From: an uncultured Fibrobacterota bacterium
Lineage (GTDB): Bacteria; Fibrobacterota; Chitinivibrionia; Chitinivibrionales; CAYFVL01
Direction of reading: 5' to 3'
NCBI GenBank assembly: GCA_964586285.1
Contig: CAZPHU010000002.1
Coordinates: 1,499-65,498 of the forward strand
DNA length: 64,000 bases
Part shown: positions 37,721-45,877 of the stretch, piece by piece
Layout of the letters: the number at the start of each line of letters is the position of its first letter
Numbering within the stretch: the first letter of the stretch is position 1
Notes under the pieces: model-generated
The model's database searches: none
What the model saw: only the letters and a program-made list of their open reading frames with translations
Told to the model about the DNA's origin: nothing
Made by a program: the position numbers and the translations under genes

Positions 37721-38346
37721 TCTGTCTCTCTAACAGTTGGTTGTACATTTTCTCTCGGGCTGGTATATCGGTCGACAGGGATTCTTATGACAGGAATCCT
37801 TTTCTCTATGAAATACGACAGAATAGGTTTTGTTTGTTGTTCAAAAGAGAGTATTTTTCTTTTAGATATCCAATCCGCTTTATTGTTTTGTTCGCAGCGG
37901 TTTTCGTGTCCTTCACCCTTTTCGGCAAGAATTTTGCAATAGTATGCTTCCGAAGCCGAGCTTTCAAGCCGGAACGCGGCCCTTATGCAAAATTCCGCAT
38001 CCATTAGGCCTTTTGCTTGCCCTGGATTAGGCGGAAAGCCGTTGAGTACTGGAGTTTCGGATGCATGATCGAATGAATGCCCCATCAAGTAACTGTTTAT
38101 AATGGATAGTTCAATTGGGAGGTGTTCATCGTTAAAAAGAGTGCCGTTCAGGATAGAATGTACATAGGCCTTATCAGCATCTGACAGGTATATACGAGCG
38201 CGCCCCGCATCGATTTGACCCGGACGTTCGCCAAAATCGAGGTGTAGACAGCGCGACTGATGCAGACCCTTTGATTGAAGTATTTGACCCAGGGGTTTTT
38301 TCCCCGCATTTGAGTGACCGATCAAAATCATGGCATATACAGACAT
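37717..38346 (-). CDS. Adenylate/UMP-CMP-kinase-fold protein with degenerate catalytic motifs
   Basis: 209 aa. ILIGHSNAGKKPLG aligns with the Adk P-loop GAPGAGKGT. LNGFPPNPGQAKGL aligns with DGFPRTxxQA. A short LID-like segment and a C-terminal KRKILSFEQQTKPILSYF block are present. ATGA overlap with polB. Confidence 0.55.
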   Translation of the reverse strand: MSVYAMILIGHSNAGKKPLGQILQSKGLHQSRCLHLDFGERPGQIDAGRARIYLSDADKAYVHSILNGTLFNDEHLPIELSIINSYLMGHSFDHASETPVLNGFPPNPGQAKGLMDAEFCIRAAFRLESSASEAYYCKILAEKGEGHENRCEQNNKADWISKRKILSFEQQTKPILSYFIEKRIPVIRIPVDRYTSPRENVQPTVRETE

Positions 38347-38490
38347 ACAATAATAAAATATATCAGCTGTACCTCAGGGAAGAGCGGCATATTTTATTTG
38401 AAAAACATATTTTTATAATTATGGGTGATGTGCTATATTAATTGGACGACATGAGATCATCATCTTATTTATTCCCTAAAGGAGGTTCAG

Positions 38491-38826
38491 ATGGACAATA
38501 TGTGGGAGAAAGTGAAGAAAAGTCTGAAAGAGGGTGCCTCGATGTCTGTGGAGAAGATCGAGGAGTTTTCAAAAATCGGTAAGCTGAAGATCGAGGAGCT
38601 TGCGGCAAAGAGAAAGATTGAACGAAATTTCATGGATATTGGTGAGCGGATGTTTGATCTTCTCTCTGAAGGTAAGAGCGGGGCGGTAATCGAAGAGGAC
38701 ATCACCATTAAAAATGCCGTCCAAAATGTAAAAGATCTTAAAGAAGAACTTGCGGTTACCGAAGAGAAGATTAGAGCCGCGAGTGAAGAAAAAAAGAAAA
38801 AAGAAGAAACTATAGTTACTGAATGA
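38491..38826 (+). CDS. Small K/E-rich coiled-coil protein (hypothetical)
   Basis: 111 aa with AGGAGG 6 nt upstream of the ATG. ATGA overlap with the downstream M23 gene. The antisense ORF 38487..38840 is low-complexity shadow. Confidence 0.7.
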   Translation: MDNMWEKVKKSLKEGASMSVEKIEEFSKIGKLKIEELAAKRKIERNFMDIGERMFDLLSEGKSGAVIEEDITIKNAVQNVKDLKEELAVTEEKIRAASEEKKKKEETIVTE

Positions 38827-39710
38827 TGACGCGAAAACACCGTTCTATCCTGATTGTACCACCACGTTACGCGCGAGTCCGCATGATGCGGGCTCGCGTC
38901 AGCGTGCTTATAATTCTGTTTTTGTTGATGTTGGGGGGATTTGCAGGTTATTTCATCCCTTTTAATAACTACACGCTTGATGTTGTTGAGCAGAATCAGA
39001 AAAAAAATCTCACCGTACAGAACAAAAAGCTATTGCAACGAATTCACAGTATGCGCCAGATGCTTCACTCGTTAGGTACAAGGGTCAGCAGTCTGGATCA
39101 GAAAAAAAAAGAAATCGAGAGATATTTTGCACTGCCCTCCCTAACGGATACCGCTTCCTTACCCAAGCAGAAGAATAGTAGTTTTGATCTAGATGTTACT
39201 CTCGCAAAATTGACCTCAACAGAGCGTTTTTTGGGTGCACTTGCTTTAAAGCTCGATTCATCATATACATATTTTGAAGACGTTCCTCTTGTGAAACCTG
39301 TGAATGGAGAGTACGTTATTACCAACAGGTTCGGTGAAATGACGGATCCTTTTACCGGAACTCTGAAGAAGCATTACGGTGTGGATTTTGCCGCTGCACG
39401 GGGAACATCTGTTATTGCAGCAGCCAATGGAAAAGTAAAATCGGTTCAAAACCACAAATTCTGGGGTAAAAGAATCGAAATCTCTCATGAAAATGGCTTC
39501 TCGACAGTTTACGCTCACCTTGGAACGGTGGATGTGCATAGGGGGGCACGAGTTAAGAGGGGAGATATCATAGGAACGGTTGGCACTTCCGGGCTTACCA
39601 CCGGCACTCACCTTCACTACGAGATTAGAAAGAATGATTTACCGGTTGATCCCCAGAAATTCTTTTTCCCCGAACAATCAATGATATTTGTACGCGCGGA
39701 TTCAATATGA
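38823..39710 (+). CDS. M23-family peptidoglycan metalloendopeptidase (membrane-anchored, coiled-coil N-terminus)
   Basis: HYGVDFAAARGTSVIAAANGKV ... GLTTGTHLHYEI (HxxxD ... HxH). N-terminal TM helix plus a heptad region. Confidence 0.9.
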   Translation: MMTRKHRSILIVPPRYARVRMMRARVSVLIILFLLMLGGFAGYFIPFNNYTLDVVEQNQKKNLTVQNKKLLQRIHSMRQMLHSLGTRVSSLDQKKKEIERYFALPSLTDTASLPKQKNSSFDLDVTLAKLTSTERFLGALALKLDSSYTYFEDVPLVKPVNGEYVITNRFGEMTDPFTGTLKKHYGVDFAAARGTSVIAAANGKVKSVQNHKFWGKRIEISHENGFSTVYAHLGTVDVHRGARVKRGDIIGTVGTSGLTTGTHLHYEIRKNDLPVDPQKFFFPEQSMIFVRADSI

Positions 39711-40924
39711 ATCTATTAATCATTCGTCTCTCGTCAATGGGCGATGTGATACTTGTTTCTTCCGTTCTATCTTGGATAAATCAACACTACCCCTATATTA
39801 AACTGTACCTCATTACTTCAAAATCGTACCAGCCTCTGTTTAAAGATGATCCAAGAATAAATGAAATATTTGCAATTGAAAAGGGCGCGGAGCATACACT
39901 AAAAGCGAGATCTGAAAATTTGAAGTGGGATTGTATTGTTGATTTGCAAAACAGCAGACGCAGTAAATGGATCTGCAGGCAGTACTTCCCAAGAGTACCC
40001 AGAAGCGCTTTTGATAAAATGCATCCTGCCCGTATGCTTCTGATTCTTACTCGAATTAATATCTATAAAAAAAGAAGAACAGTTGCTGCACGGTATATTG
40101 AGGCAGCTGAAAAAGCCTCTGCTTTGATAAAAAAAGATACCGCAACAGCGAGGTGTGAAAATGCCTTGGGTAGTGGGGCTGGTCTTTCCAACCGGATATC
40201 GGGGTATAATGGTATAGAACAAACGAAATTGTTTAAAGAAAACAGTTCATCGGAGGAATCGATGATCAATGGGGGAAAATCTAACATTCCGGATCTCAAG
40301 TTGTTTTTTGAATTTGCCCCCCATAAGATGCTTAATATTGTAGAGCAAAGTGACAGACCTTTTCTAGCGCTCTTTCCTTTTGCCGCATGGAGAAACAAAC
40401 AGTGGCCTTTGGAAAACTATGCTGCAGTTGGTAGGTATTATACAGATAAAGGTTGGAAGATCATACTCTTTGGGGGAAAAGAGGAACGAAAATGTTCGAC
40501 TATTTTATGTGAACAAATCGGAACTCACTGTATTGATCTGACCGGCCGAACTACTCTATACGAAGCGGGATGGATGCTCGGTAAGGTTTCTTTGTGTCTA
40601 GGTGGTGATACCGGGTTGTCACATCTGGCAAGGGCCTGTAGTGTACCGGGAGGTGTAATTTTTGGAGCAACTACTCATCACCTGGGTTTTTTTCCATACG
40701 GCCGCACACCATATATAGTCTTTCAGACAAATCTGTCGTGCAGACCATGTCATGCCCATGGTGGAAATTTCTGCTGGAGGGGTGCAAAGCGCTCCTGTTT
40801 GAACGCAATAAGTGTTAAAAGGGTAATAGAAGGGCTAAACAGTTTGTTGAAGGTTGACTTTAAAGAAAGAAAAAACAATAGCTTCGGTACCGAAACGAAC
40901 ATAAAAAGTGATCAAACATCGTAA
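39707..40924 (+). CDS. Glycosyltransferase family 9 (heptosyltransferase-like) with an inserted low-complexity linker
   Basis: MNLLIIRLSSMGDVILVSSV at the N-terminus, with LGGDTGLSHLA and CRPCHAHGGNFC in the C-terminal half. At 405 aa it is ~50-60 aa longer than typical GT9 enzymes, because of an S/G/N-rich insert. Confidence 0.8.
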   Translation: MNLLIIRLSSMGDVILVSSVLSWINQHYPYIKLYLITSKSYQPLFKDDPRINEIFAIEKGAEHTLKARSENLKWDCIVDLQNSRRSKWICRQYFPRVPRSAFDKMHPARMLLILTRINIYKKRRTVAARYIEAAEKASALIKKDTATARCENALGSGAGLSNRISGYNGIEQTKLFKENSSSEESMINGGKSNIPDLKLFFEFAPHKMLNIVEQSDRPFLALFPFAAWRNKQWPLENYAAVGRYYTDKGWKIILFGGKEERKCSTILCEQIGTHCIDLTGRTTLYEAGWMLGKVSLCLGGDTGLSHLARACSVPGGVIFGATTHHLGFFPYGRTPYIVFQTNLSCRPCHAHGGNFCWRGAKRSCLNAISVKRVIEGLNSLLKVDFKERKNNSFGTETNIKSDQTS

Positions 40925-40994
40925 TAGATTACTTGACCAAAATTTGACCCACGCACCATTTTATAACAATCGCTTAGGATTAACAGTGAGCAAT

Positions 40995-41375
40995 ATGAGA
41001 AAAATCTTTCCTTGGAAACTACGTGCGGCATTTTTCCTTCCAATTTTGGCATCGATTCTTTATGCCGATTCTCCAGATACCTCAAACAGTTTGGCGCAAT
41101 TTGTGGCGGGGATTGAAATGCTCGAGGAGATGCACGATATTGATACCATGCATAAAGCGCTGCTTTTCGAGCAACTGGAAAGGGTTACTGATATACCGGC
41201 AGTGCGTGTGGTAGAACTTCTAAATGAATACCGTAGCGCACCTGAGAAATGGAAAGAAATACAACAAGCAGTCGTTGCGCTGTTGGAAACTTACAAATCA
41301 CCAAAACCGGATACTTTATTTGAAAAGGAGCAGCATCATGGCAAAGGATCAAATCATAGAGTTTACCGACAGTAA
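40995..41375 (+). CDS. Small exported hypothetical protein
   Basis: ATG at 40995 with signal peptide MRKIFPWKLRAAFFLPILASILYA. The 3' end overlaps the trxA start by 38 nt. Confidence 0.45.
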   Translation: MRKIFPWKLRAAFFLPILASILYADSPDTSNSLAQFVAGIEMLEEMHDIDTMHKALLFEQLERVTDIPAVRVVELLNEYRSAPEKWKEIQQAVVALLETYKSPKPDTLFEKEQHHGKGSNHRVYRQ

Positions 41376-41670
41376 TTTCAGTAGTGAGGCCCTGGGGTCC
41401 GATACTCCAGTTATAGTTGATTTCTGGGCTCCCTGGTGTGGTCCTTGCAAAATGTTGGGCCCTATTTTGGAAGATTTGGCTCAAGAGTATGTGGGAAAAA
41501 TTAAGATAGGAAAGCTTAATGTCGATGATAATCCTCAGACCGCATCAAAATATGGCATTATAAGCATTCCAACCATGCTTTTCATTAAAAATGGTGCAGT
41601 TGCTGATCAGCATGTAGGATTGTTAGCTAAAGATCCATTAAAAACAAAGATCGACAACTTTTTGGCCTAG
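41338..41670 (+). CDS. trxA: Thioredoxin
   Basis: 110 aa from the ATG at 41338 (AAGGAG 7 nt upstream), with the WAPWCGPCK active site. Confidence 0.95.
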   Translation: MAKDQIIEFTDSNFSSEALGSDTPVIVDFWAPWCGPCKMLGPILEDLAQEYVGKIKIGKLNVDDNPQTASKYGIISIPTMLFIKNGAVADQHVGLLAKDPLKTKIDNFLA

Positions 41671-41683
41671 TTAAGCATAACCG

Positions 41684-41716
41684 TCGAGGCGCCTTCATTC
41701 GGTGCCTCGATTCCTT
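41684..41716 (+). terminator. Candidate terminator after trxA
   Basis: TCGAGGCGCC-ttcattc-GGTGCCTCGA is a 10-bp stem with one G-U pair, followed by ttccttac, a weak U-tract. Confidence 0.5.
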
Positions 41717-41776
41717 ACTCACAACAACCTAATCCGTTATATATTTACGGCTTACGGGAGAAATTTAAAGAAACGC

Positions 41777-43270
41777 ATGAAAATTCTGGCACTCAATCCC
41801 CCCTTTTTACCAAAATACTCGCGAGAGTCACGTTCACCTGCAGTAACCAAAAGTGGTACTTTGTATTATCCAATGTGGTTGGCCTATGCGGTGGGATATC
41901 TTGAAAAAAACGGTCATGAGGTACTTTTTCTCGATGCTCCGGCCTTAGGATTGGATCATGCAGAAACATTGCGTCGTGCAAAAGAATTCTCCCCGTCTTT
42001 GATCGTAGTCGATTCTTCCACGCCCAGTATCTATAACGACACAGCCCTGGCAGGTGAGTTTAAAAAACACATTGCGGGTGTTTTCACAATTCTTGTGGGG
42101 GTGCATGTCTCTGCTCTACCCGAAGAGACACTGCGCGATAATCCTCAAGGTGCTGATGCGACCGCATTTGGGGAATACGATGAAACTCTGGTGGAACTCG
42201 CTTCTGTTATTGAGAAAAATGGAACCGATGATAAATCCCTGAAGGGAATAAGGGGAATAGCATTTAGGTCATCCGACGGTTCGGTGATCAAAAACGAAAC
42301 ACGAGATCCTATCGAGGACTTGGATGATATACCATTTGTGTCGGAAGTTTATAAGAAGCATTTGGACATATCTCCTTATTTTTACGGCCATAGCCGTTAT
42401 CCGTTGATTGTTTTGGTTACGGGACGCGGTTGCCCTTTTCGGTGCACATTTTGCGTAGTGCCACAGACTATGCATGGTCACAAGTATCGTAAGAGATCGG
42501 TTGATAATATCGTAGAAGAATTCAGGTATATTTCCGAGAACTTTCCGCAGGCTCAGGAAATTATGATCGAAGATGATACTCTTACCGCCGATAGAAAACG
42601 TTGTCGTGAGCTTTCACAAAAACTTATCAACCAGAAACTAACCCGCATTCCCTGGTCGGCCAACTCACGTGCCGATGTAGACTTCGAAACCATGCACCTG
42701 ATGAAAAAAGCAGGTTGCAGATTGTTTTGTGTCGGTTTTGAAAGCGGGGAACAACAGATTCTAGATAATATAAAAAAGGGAACGAAAATTCCCCGTATTC
42801 GTCAGTTTCGCTCCGATGCACGCAAAGCGGGAATACTTGTACATGGGTGTTTCATGGTCGGGAACAGGGGAGAAACAGCTCAAACTTTAGAGAAAACTTT
42901 GAGGTTCGCAAAAGAATTAAATCCAGATACAGCGCAGTTCTACCCGATTATGGCTTATCCGGGAACCAGTGATTATGCATGGTTTAAAGAAAAAGGATGG
43001 CTGGTCACAACCGATTATCGTAAGTGGCTTACCAAAGATGGACTGCACTCATCGGTTGTATCCAATCCCGATCTGACTTACGACACTCTGGTGGAATTTT
43101 GTGATCGTGCGCGGCGTGAGTTCTACATGCGCCCGTCATACCTGATCCAGAAGATTGCCCAGGCTATCAAATCTCCCTCAGAGGCACCGCGGCTTTTTAA
43201 GGGGTTTAAAACGCTAGTCAAACACCTGTTTACTCCCTCCATAAGACGAAAACAGGGGAGTTGTTCATGA
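41777..43270 (+). CDS. Cobalamin-binding-domain (class B) radical SAM enzyme, BchE/HpnJ-like
   Basis: 497 aa from the ATG at 41777. Has an N-terminal B12-binding-like segment (MKILALNPPF...GHEVLFLDAP...LIVVDSSTPS) and the radical-SAM cluster motif GRGCPFRCTFC (Cx3Cx2C). Confidence 0.8.
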   Translation: MKILALNPPFLPKYSRESRSPAVTKSGTLYYPMWLAYAVGYLEKNGHEVLFLDAPALGLDHAETLRRAKEFSPSLIVVDSSTPSIYNDTALAGEFKKHIAGVFTILVGVHVSALPEETLRDNPQGADATAFGEYDETLVELASVIEKNGTDDKSLKGIRGIAFRSSDGSVIKNETRDPIEDLDDIPFVSEVYKKHLDISPYFYGHSRYPLIVLVTGRGCPFRCTFCVVPQTMHGHKYRKRSVDNIVEEFRYISENFPQAQEIMIEDDTLTADRKRCRELSQKLINQKLTRIPWSANSRADVDFETMHLMKKAGCRLFCVGFESGEQQILDNIKKGTKIPRIRQFRSDARKAGILVHGCFMVGNRGETAQTLEKTLRFAKELNPDTAQFYPIMAYPGTSDYAWFKEKGWLVTTDYRKWLTKDGLHSSVVSNPDLTYDTLVEFCDRARREFYMRPSYLIQKIAQAIKSPSEAPRLFKGFKTLVKHLFTPSIRRKQGSCS

Positions 43271-44409
43271 TTCTCCTACTTCAGGTAGTCTTCTGGATTT
43301 CTATCGGCTTTGTCGCCTATTCATATGTCATATACCCACTTATTCTTCCGGTACTTGCCCGGATTTTTGGACGGGAGACACAACCCGATTTCTCTCACGA
43401 GCCCACGGTCGGAATAATTATTCCTGCCTATAACGAACAGGAAGTTATTCGGAAAAAGATAGATAATGTGCTTGCCATTGAGTATCCGCCCGAAAAAATC
43501 AGAGTCTGGGTCGGCTCCGATCAGTCGACTGATGCAACAGATGAGCTGGTATGCGGCTACGGTGATGAACGGGTTAAGCTTTGGAGAGCACCACAAAGGG
43601 GTGGAAAAACAGAAATCCTCAACCAGTTAATACCAATAGTTGATACAGAAATCGTGTTTTTGACTGATGCCAACACAATGCACAATACCGACAGCCTTCG
43701 GCAGATGGTAAAGCATTTTGCCGATTCTGAGGTAGGGGCTGTTGCCGGGCACGTCAACCACGTAATTGGAGAGTCGGAGCAGATCGAAGAGATAATATAC
43801 AGAACATTTGAGTCGCGGCAGAAGCATTTGGAGAGCAAACTCCACAGCAGCATTTCAGCTTTTGGAGGCTTCTATAGCATGCGTAGGGAGCTTTTCCAGC
43901 CAATTCCTCGAAATGCCTATTCTAATGATGATGTGCTTATACCCATGAATGTTATCCGCCGGGGATTTAGGGTAATCTACGAACCCGATGCAGTCTCTCA
44001 GGAAGATATGGGCGAGAGTATTAATATGGAATTTCTACGACGAATTCGAATAGGGGCCGGTAATTTTCAGGCATTTTTCTGGTTGCTCGATTTCGCCAAT
44101 CCCTTTCGAGGATGGCCCGCCTTCTGTTTTCTATCACATAAGGCAACCAGGTGGTTTTCTCCTTTATTCATGTTGACCGGCTTAATTTGTTGCTCGATTT
44201 TGAGCGTCACTGGAGTTGGAATCTTGTACAAACTTCTGTTACTTTTCGGATTGTCCGGTATAACAACCGCAATTATCTTTCGAATTGTAAAGCTGAAAGT
44301 GTTGCGACCGGTTTTTTATTTCCTTACAATGAACACCGCACTGCTTCTAGGTTTTTTTCGCTACCTAGGTGGAATTAAATCAGCCGCTTGGACACGAACC
44401 TCAAGGTAA
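43267..44409 (+). CDS. Membrane-embedded glycosyltransferase family 2
   Basis: Contains GIIIPAYNEQEVI, FLTDAN (DxD-like) and RRIRIGAGNFQ (a QxxRW-region variant). One N-terminal and ~4 C-terminal TM helices. ATGA overlap with the radical-SAM gene. Confidence 0.8.
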   Translation: MILLLQVVFWISIGFVAYSYVIYPLILPVLARIFGRETQPDFSHEPTVGIIIPAYNEQEVIRKKIDNVLAIEYPPEKIRVWVGSDQSTDATDELVCGYGDERVKLWRAPQRGGKTEILNQLIPIVDTEIVFLTDANTMHNTDSLRQMVKHFADSEVGAVAGHVNHVIGESEQIEEIIYRTFESRQKHLESKLHSSISAFGGFYSMRRELFQPIPRNAYSNDDVLIPMNVIRRGFRVIYEPDAVSQEDMGESINMEFLRRIRIGAGNFQAFFWLLDFANPFRGWPAFCFLSHKATRWFSPLFMLTGLICCSILSVTGVGILYKLLLLFGLSGITTAIIFRIVKLKVLRPVFYFLTMNTALLLGFFRYLGGIKSAAWTRTSR

Positions 44410-44637
44410 TTTAAGAAAGGAAAGTTTGCATCTTTTTCAGCTCTTATTTAATTCATAACCACGATACATCCGCTCCCTGAGGATTCACTGCAACAGAGCT
44501 TTTATTATATTCTAACAAATAAATAATGTATTTTCATTAAAACAGATATATACTATATGATGTTATAAGCCGGTTTATTATTTGATGTAGCCGGCATTAA
44601 ATACTATGAATCTCATTATCGAAGGAGGCAAGATAGA

Positions 44638-45015
44638 ATGGTCCGTTCACTTCTGGCAGTCGCACTGACAATGGTTGTTGTAATCGCATGTAGTTCTACT
44701 GAAAGCGTCAAAAGAGAGGATATGTTTGTGGTCTCCGAACAGCTGCGTGAAACCGCTACTGTACAAATGGGTTCCGACAACGACGGGTTCACTAAATTTA
44801 TCCCAGAAGGTACTAAGCTAAAGGCTGTTTTCTCCACCACCCCGGCCGCATCTTATTTTGAATGCGTTCCCGTGGAGGTTAACGGACAAGACGATCCGGA
44901 CTATATCGAGACATTCTTTGTTCCTGAATCTATGCGAATGTCCGAAGAATATCAAGGATTTACATTCAGTTTGCCTGTTGAATATATCGGCAGCAAGATT
45001 AAAAGAATAAAATGA
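44638..45015 (+). CDS. Small lipoprotein (hypothetical)
   Basis: AAGGAGG Shine-Dalgarno. Signal peptide with lipobox VVIAC. Confidence 0.65.
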   Translation: MVRSLLAVALTMVVVIACSSTESVKREDMFVVSEQLRETATVQMGSDNDGFTKFIPEGTKLKAVFSTTPAASYFECVPVEVNGQDDPDYIETFFVPESMRMSEEYQGFTFSLPVEYIGSKIKRIK

Positions 45016-45145
45016 GCATGAGCTGACGAACGCAAAAGAGATCTCTAAAAATGGTGATTTTAGGTTTTCTTGGTGCCAATAATTTATTATTAGAGGCAGG
45101 ATTAAAATCGAACGTTTTACATCATCCATTCAAATGGGGTAAAGT

Positions 45146-45838
45146 ATGAAATTTTTAGAGATGTCTTTTTTCTGCCTGATGCTCTTAGTTTTCGGTGTTT
45201 TTGCCCAATCAAGTGATAAAGAAATTATCAGGTCGCTTCTGGATATTAACGGATATGAAAACGTGGCAGTGGAAGATGTCGCGACTTTCAAGGACGAAAA
45301 AGCAATCAAACTGAATTTGAATAACCCTGATATCACCCAGGACGGATTCACAATAATTCCTCCGACAATCGGCCAGCTGGCCTCGTTGCTCACTCTGTCT
45401 GCCAACGATAATGATATCAAAACACTGCCCAAAGAAATCGCTAATCTGGTCTCGCTTGTAGAATTGGAACTTAAGAGTAACACCCTTTTTGAACTTCCTC
45501 CGGAAATAGGTAAGCTGAAACAACTTAAAATCCTTGATCTCCGAAACAATGAATTAAGAAAACTTCCGTCGGAAATAGCACAACTCGAAAATTTATGGAA
45601 GCTGCAATTGTGGGGGAATGAATTAAGTGATCTTCCAGAAGAAATCGGAAAAATGAAATCCCTCAAAGAACTGTATCTTCGAAACAATCGGTTAAAAACG
45701 TTACCAAAGGCGATTATGACCATGAATCTTAGTTATTTAGGAATTCAGGACAACAAGCTCTGCGATCTTGATCCGGAGCTTGAAAGTTGGCTTAAAAAAA
45801 GGGATGAAAGATATCGTTCCTGGCAAAAGTGCTGGTGA
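45146..45838 (+). CDS. Secreted leucine-rich-repeat protein
   Basis: Has a signal peptide followed by five to six 23-aa repeats of the LxxLxxLxLxxNxLxxLPxEIxx type, for example LKQLKILDLRNNELRKLPSEIAQ. Confidence 0.85.
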   Translation: MKFLEMSFFCLMLLVFGVFAQSSDKEIIRSLLDINGYENVAVEDVATFKDEKAIKLNLNNPDITQDGFTIIPPTIGQLASLLTLSANDNDIKTLPKEIANLVSLVELELKSNTLFELPPEIGKLKQLKILDLRNNELRKLPSEIAQLENLWKLQLWGNELSDLPEEIGKMKSLKELYLRNNRLKTLPKAIMTMNLSYLGIQDNKLCDLDPELESWLKKRDERYRSWQKCW

Positions 45839-45844
45839 AAAGAA

Positions 45845-45869
45845 GAGGCCTTTAAAGAGGCCTTATTTA
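45845..45869. terminator. Candidate bidirectional terminator between convergent genes
   Basis: AGGCCT-ttaaag-AGGCCT: two copies of a palindromic hexamer form a 6-bp stem, with T-rich sequence on both sides in the respective strands. Confidence 0.45.
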
Positions 45870-45877
45870 CTAGAGAA

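Noticed and set aside
38487-38840. A 117-aa minus-strand ORF almost exactly antisense to the 111-aa coiled-coil gene.
   Set aside because: The plus-strand ORF has an AGGAGG Shine-Dalgarno and an ATGA overlap with the M23 gene. The minus-strand product is an S/F-rich low-complexity mirror of a K/E-rich gene.
41224-41776. Longer N-terminal versions of trxA (from 41224) and of the radical-SAM gene (GTG at 41702).
   Set aside because: A canonical thioredoxin begins at the ATG at 41338, which has an AAGGAG Shine-Dalgarno. The GTG at 41702 lies inside the trxA terminator hairpin, and the conserved radical-SAM N-terminus starts at MKILALNPP (41777).
45130-45723. A 197-aa minus-strand ORF antisense to the LRR gene.
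   Set aside because: The plus-strand product has a signal peptide and a clean 23-aa LRR consensus. The antisense ORF is a by-product of the repeat codon composition.
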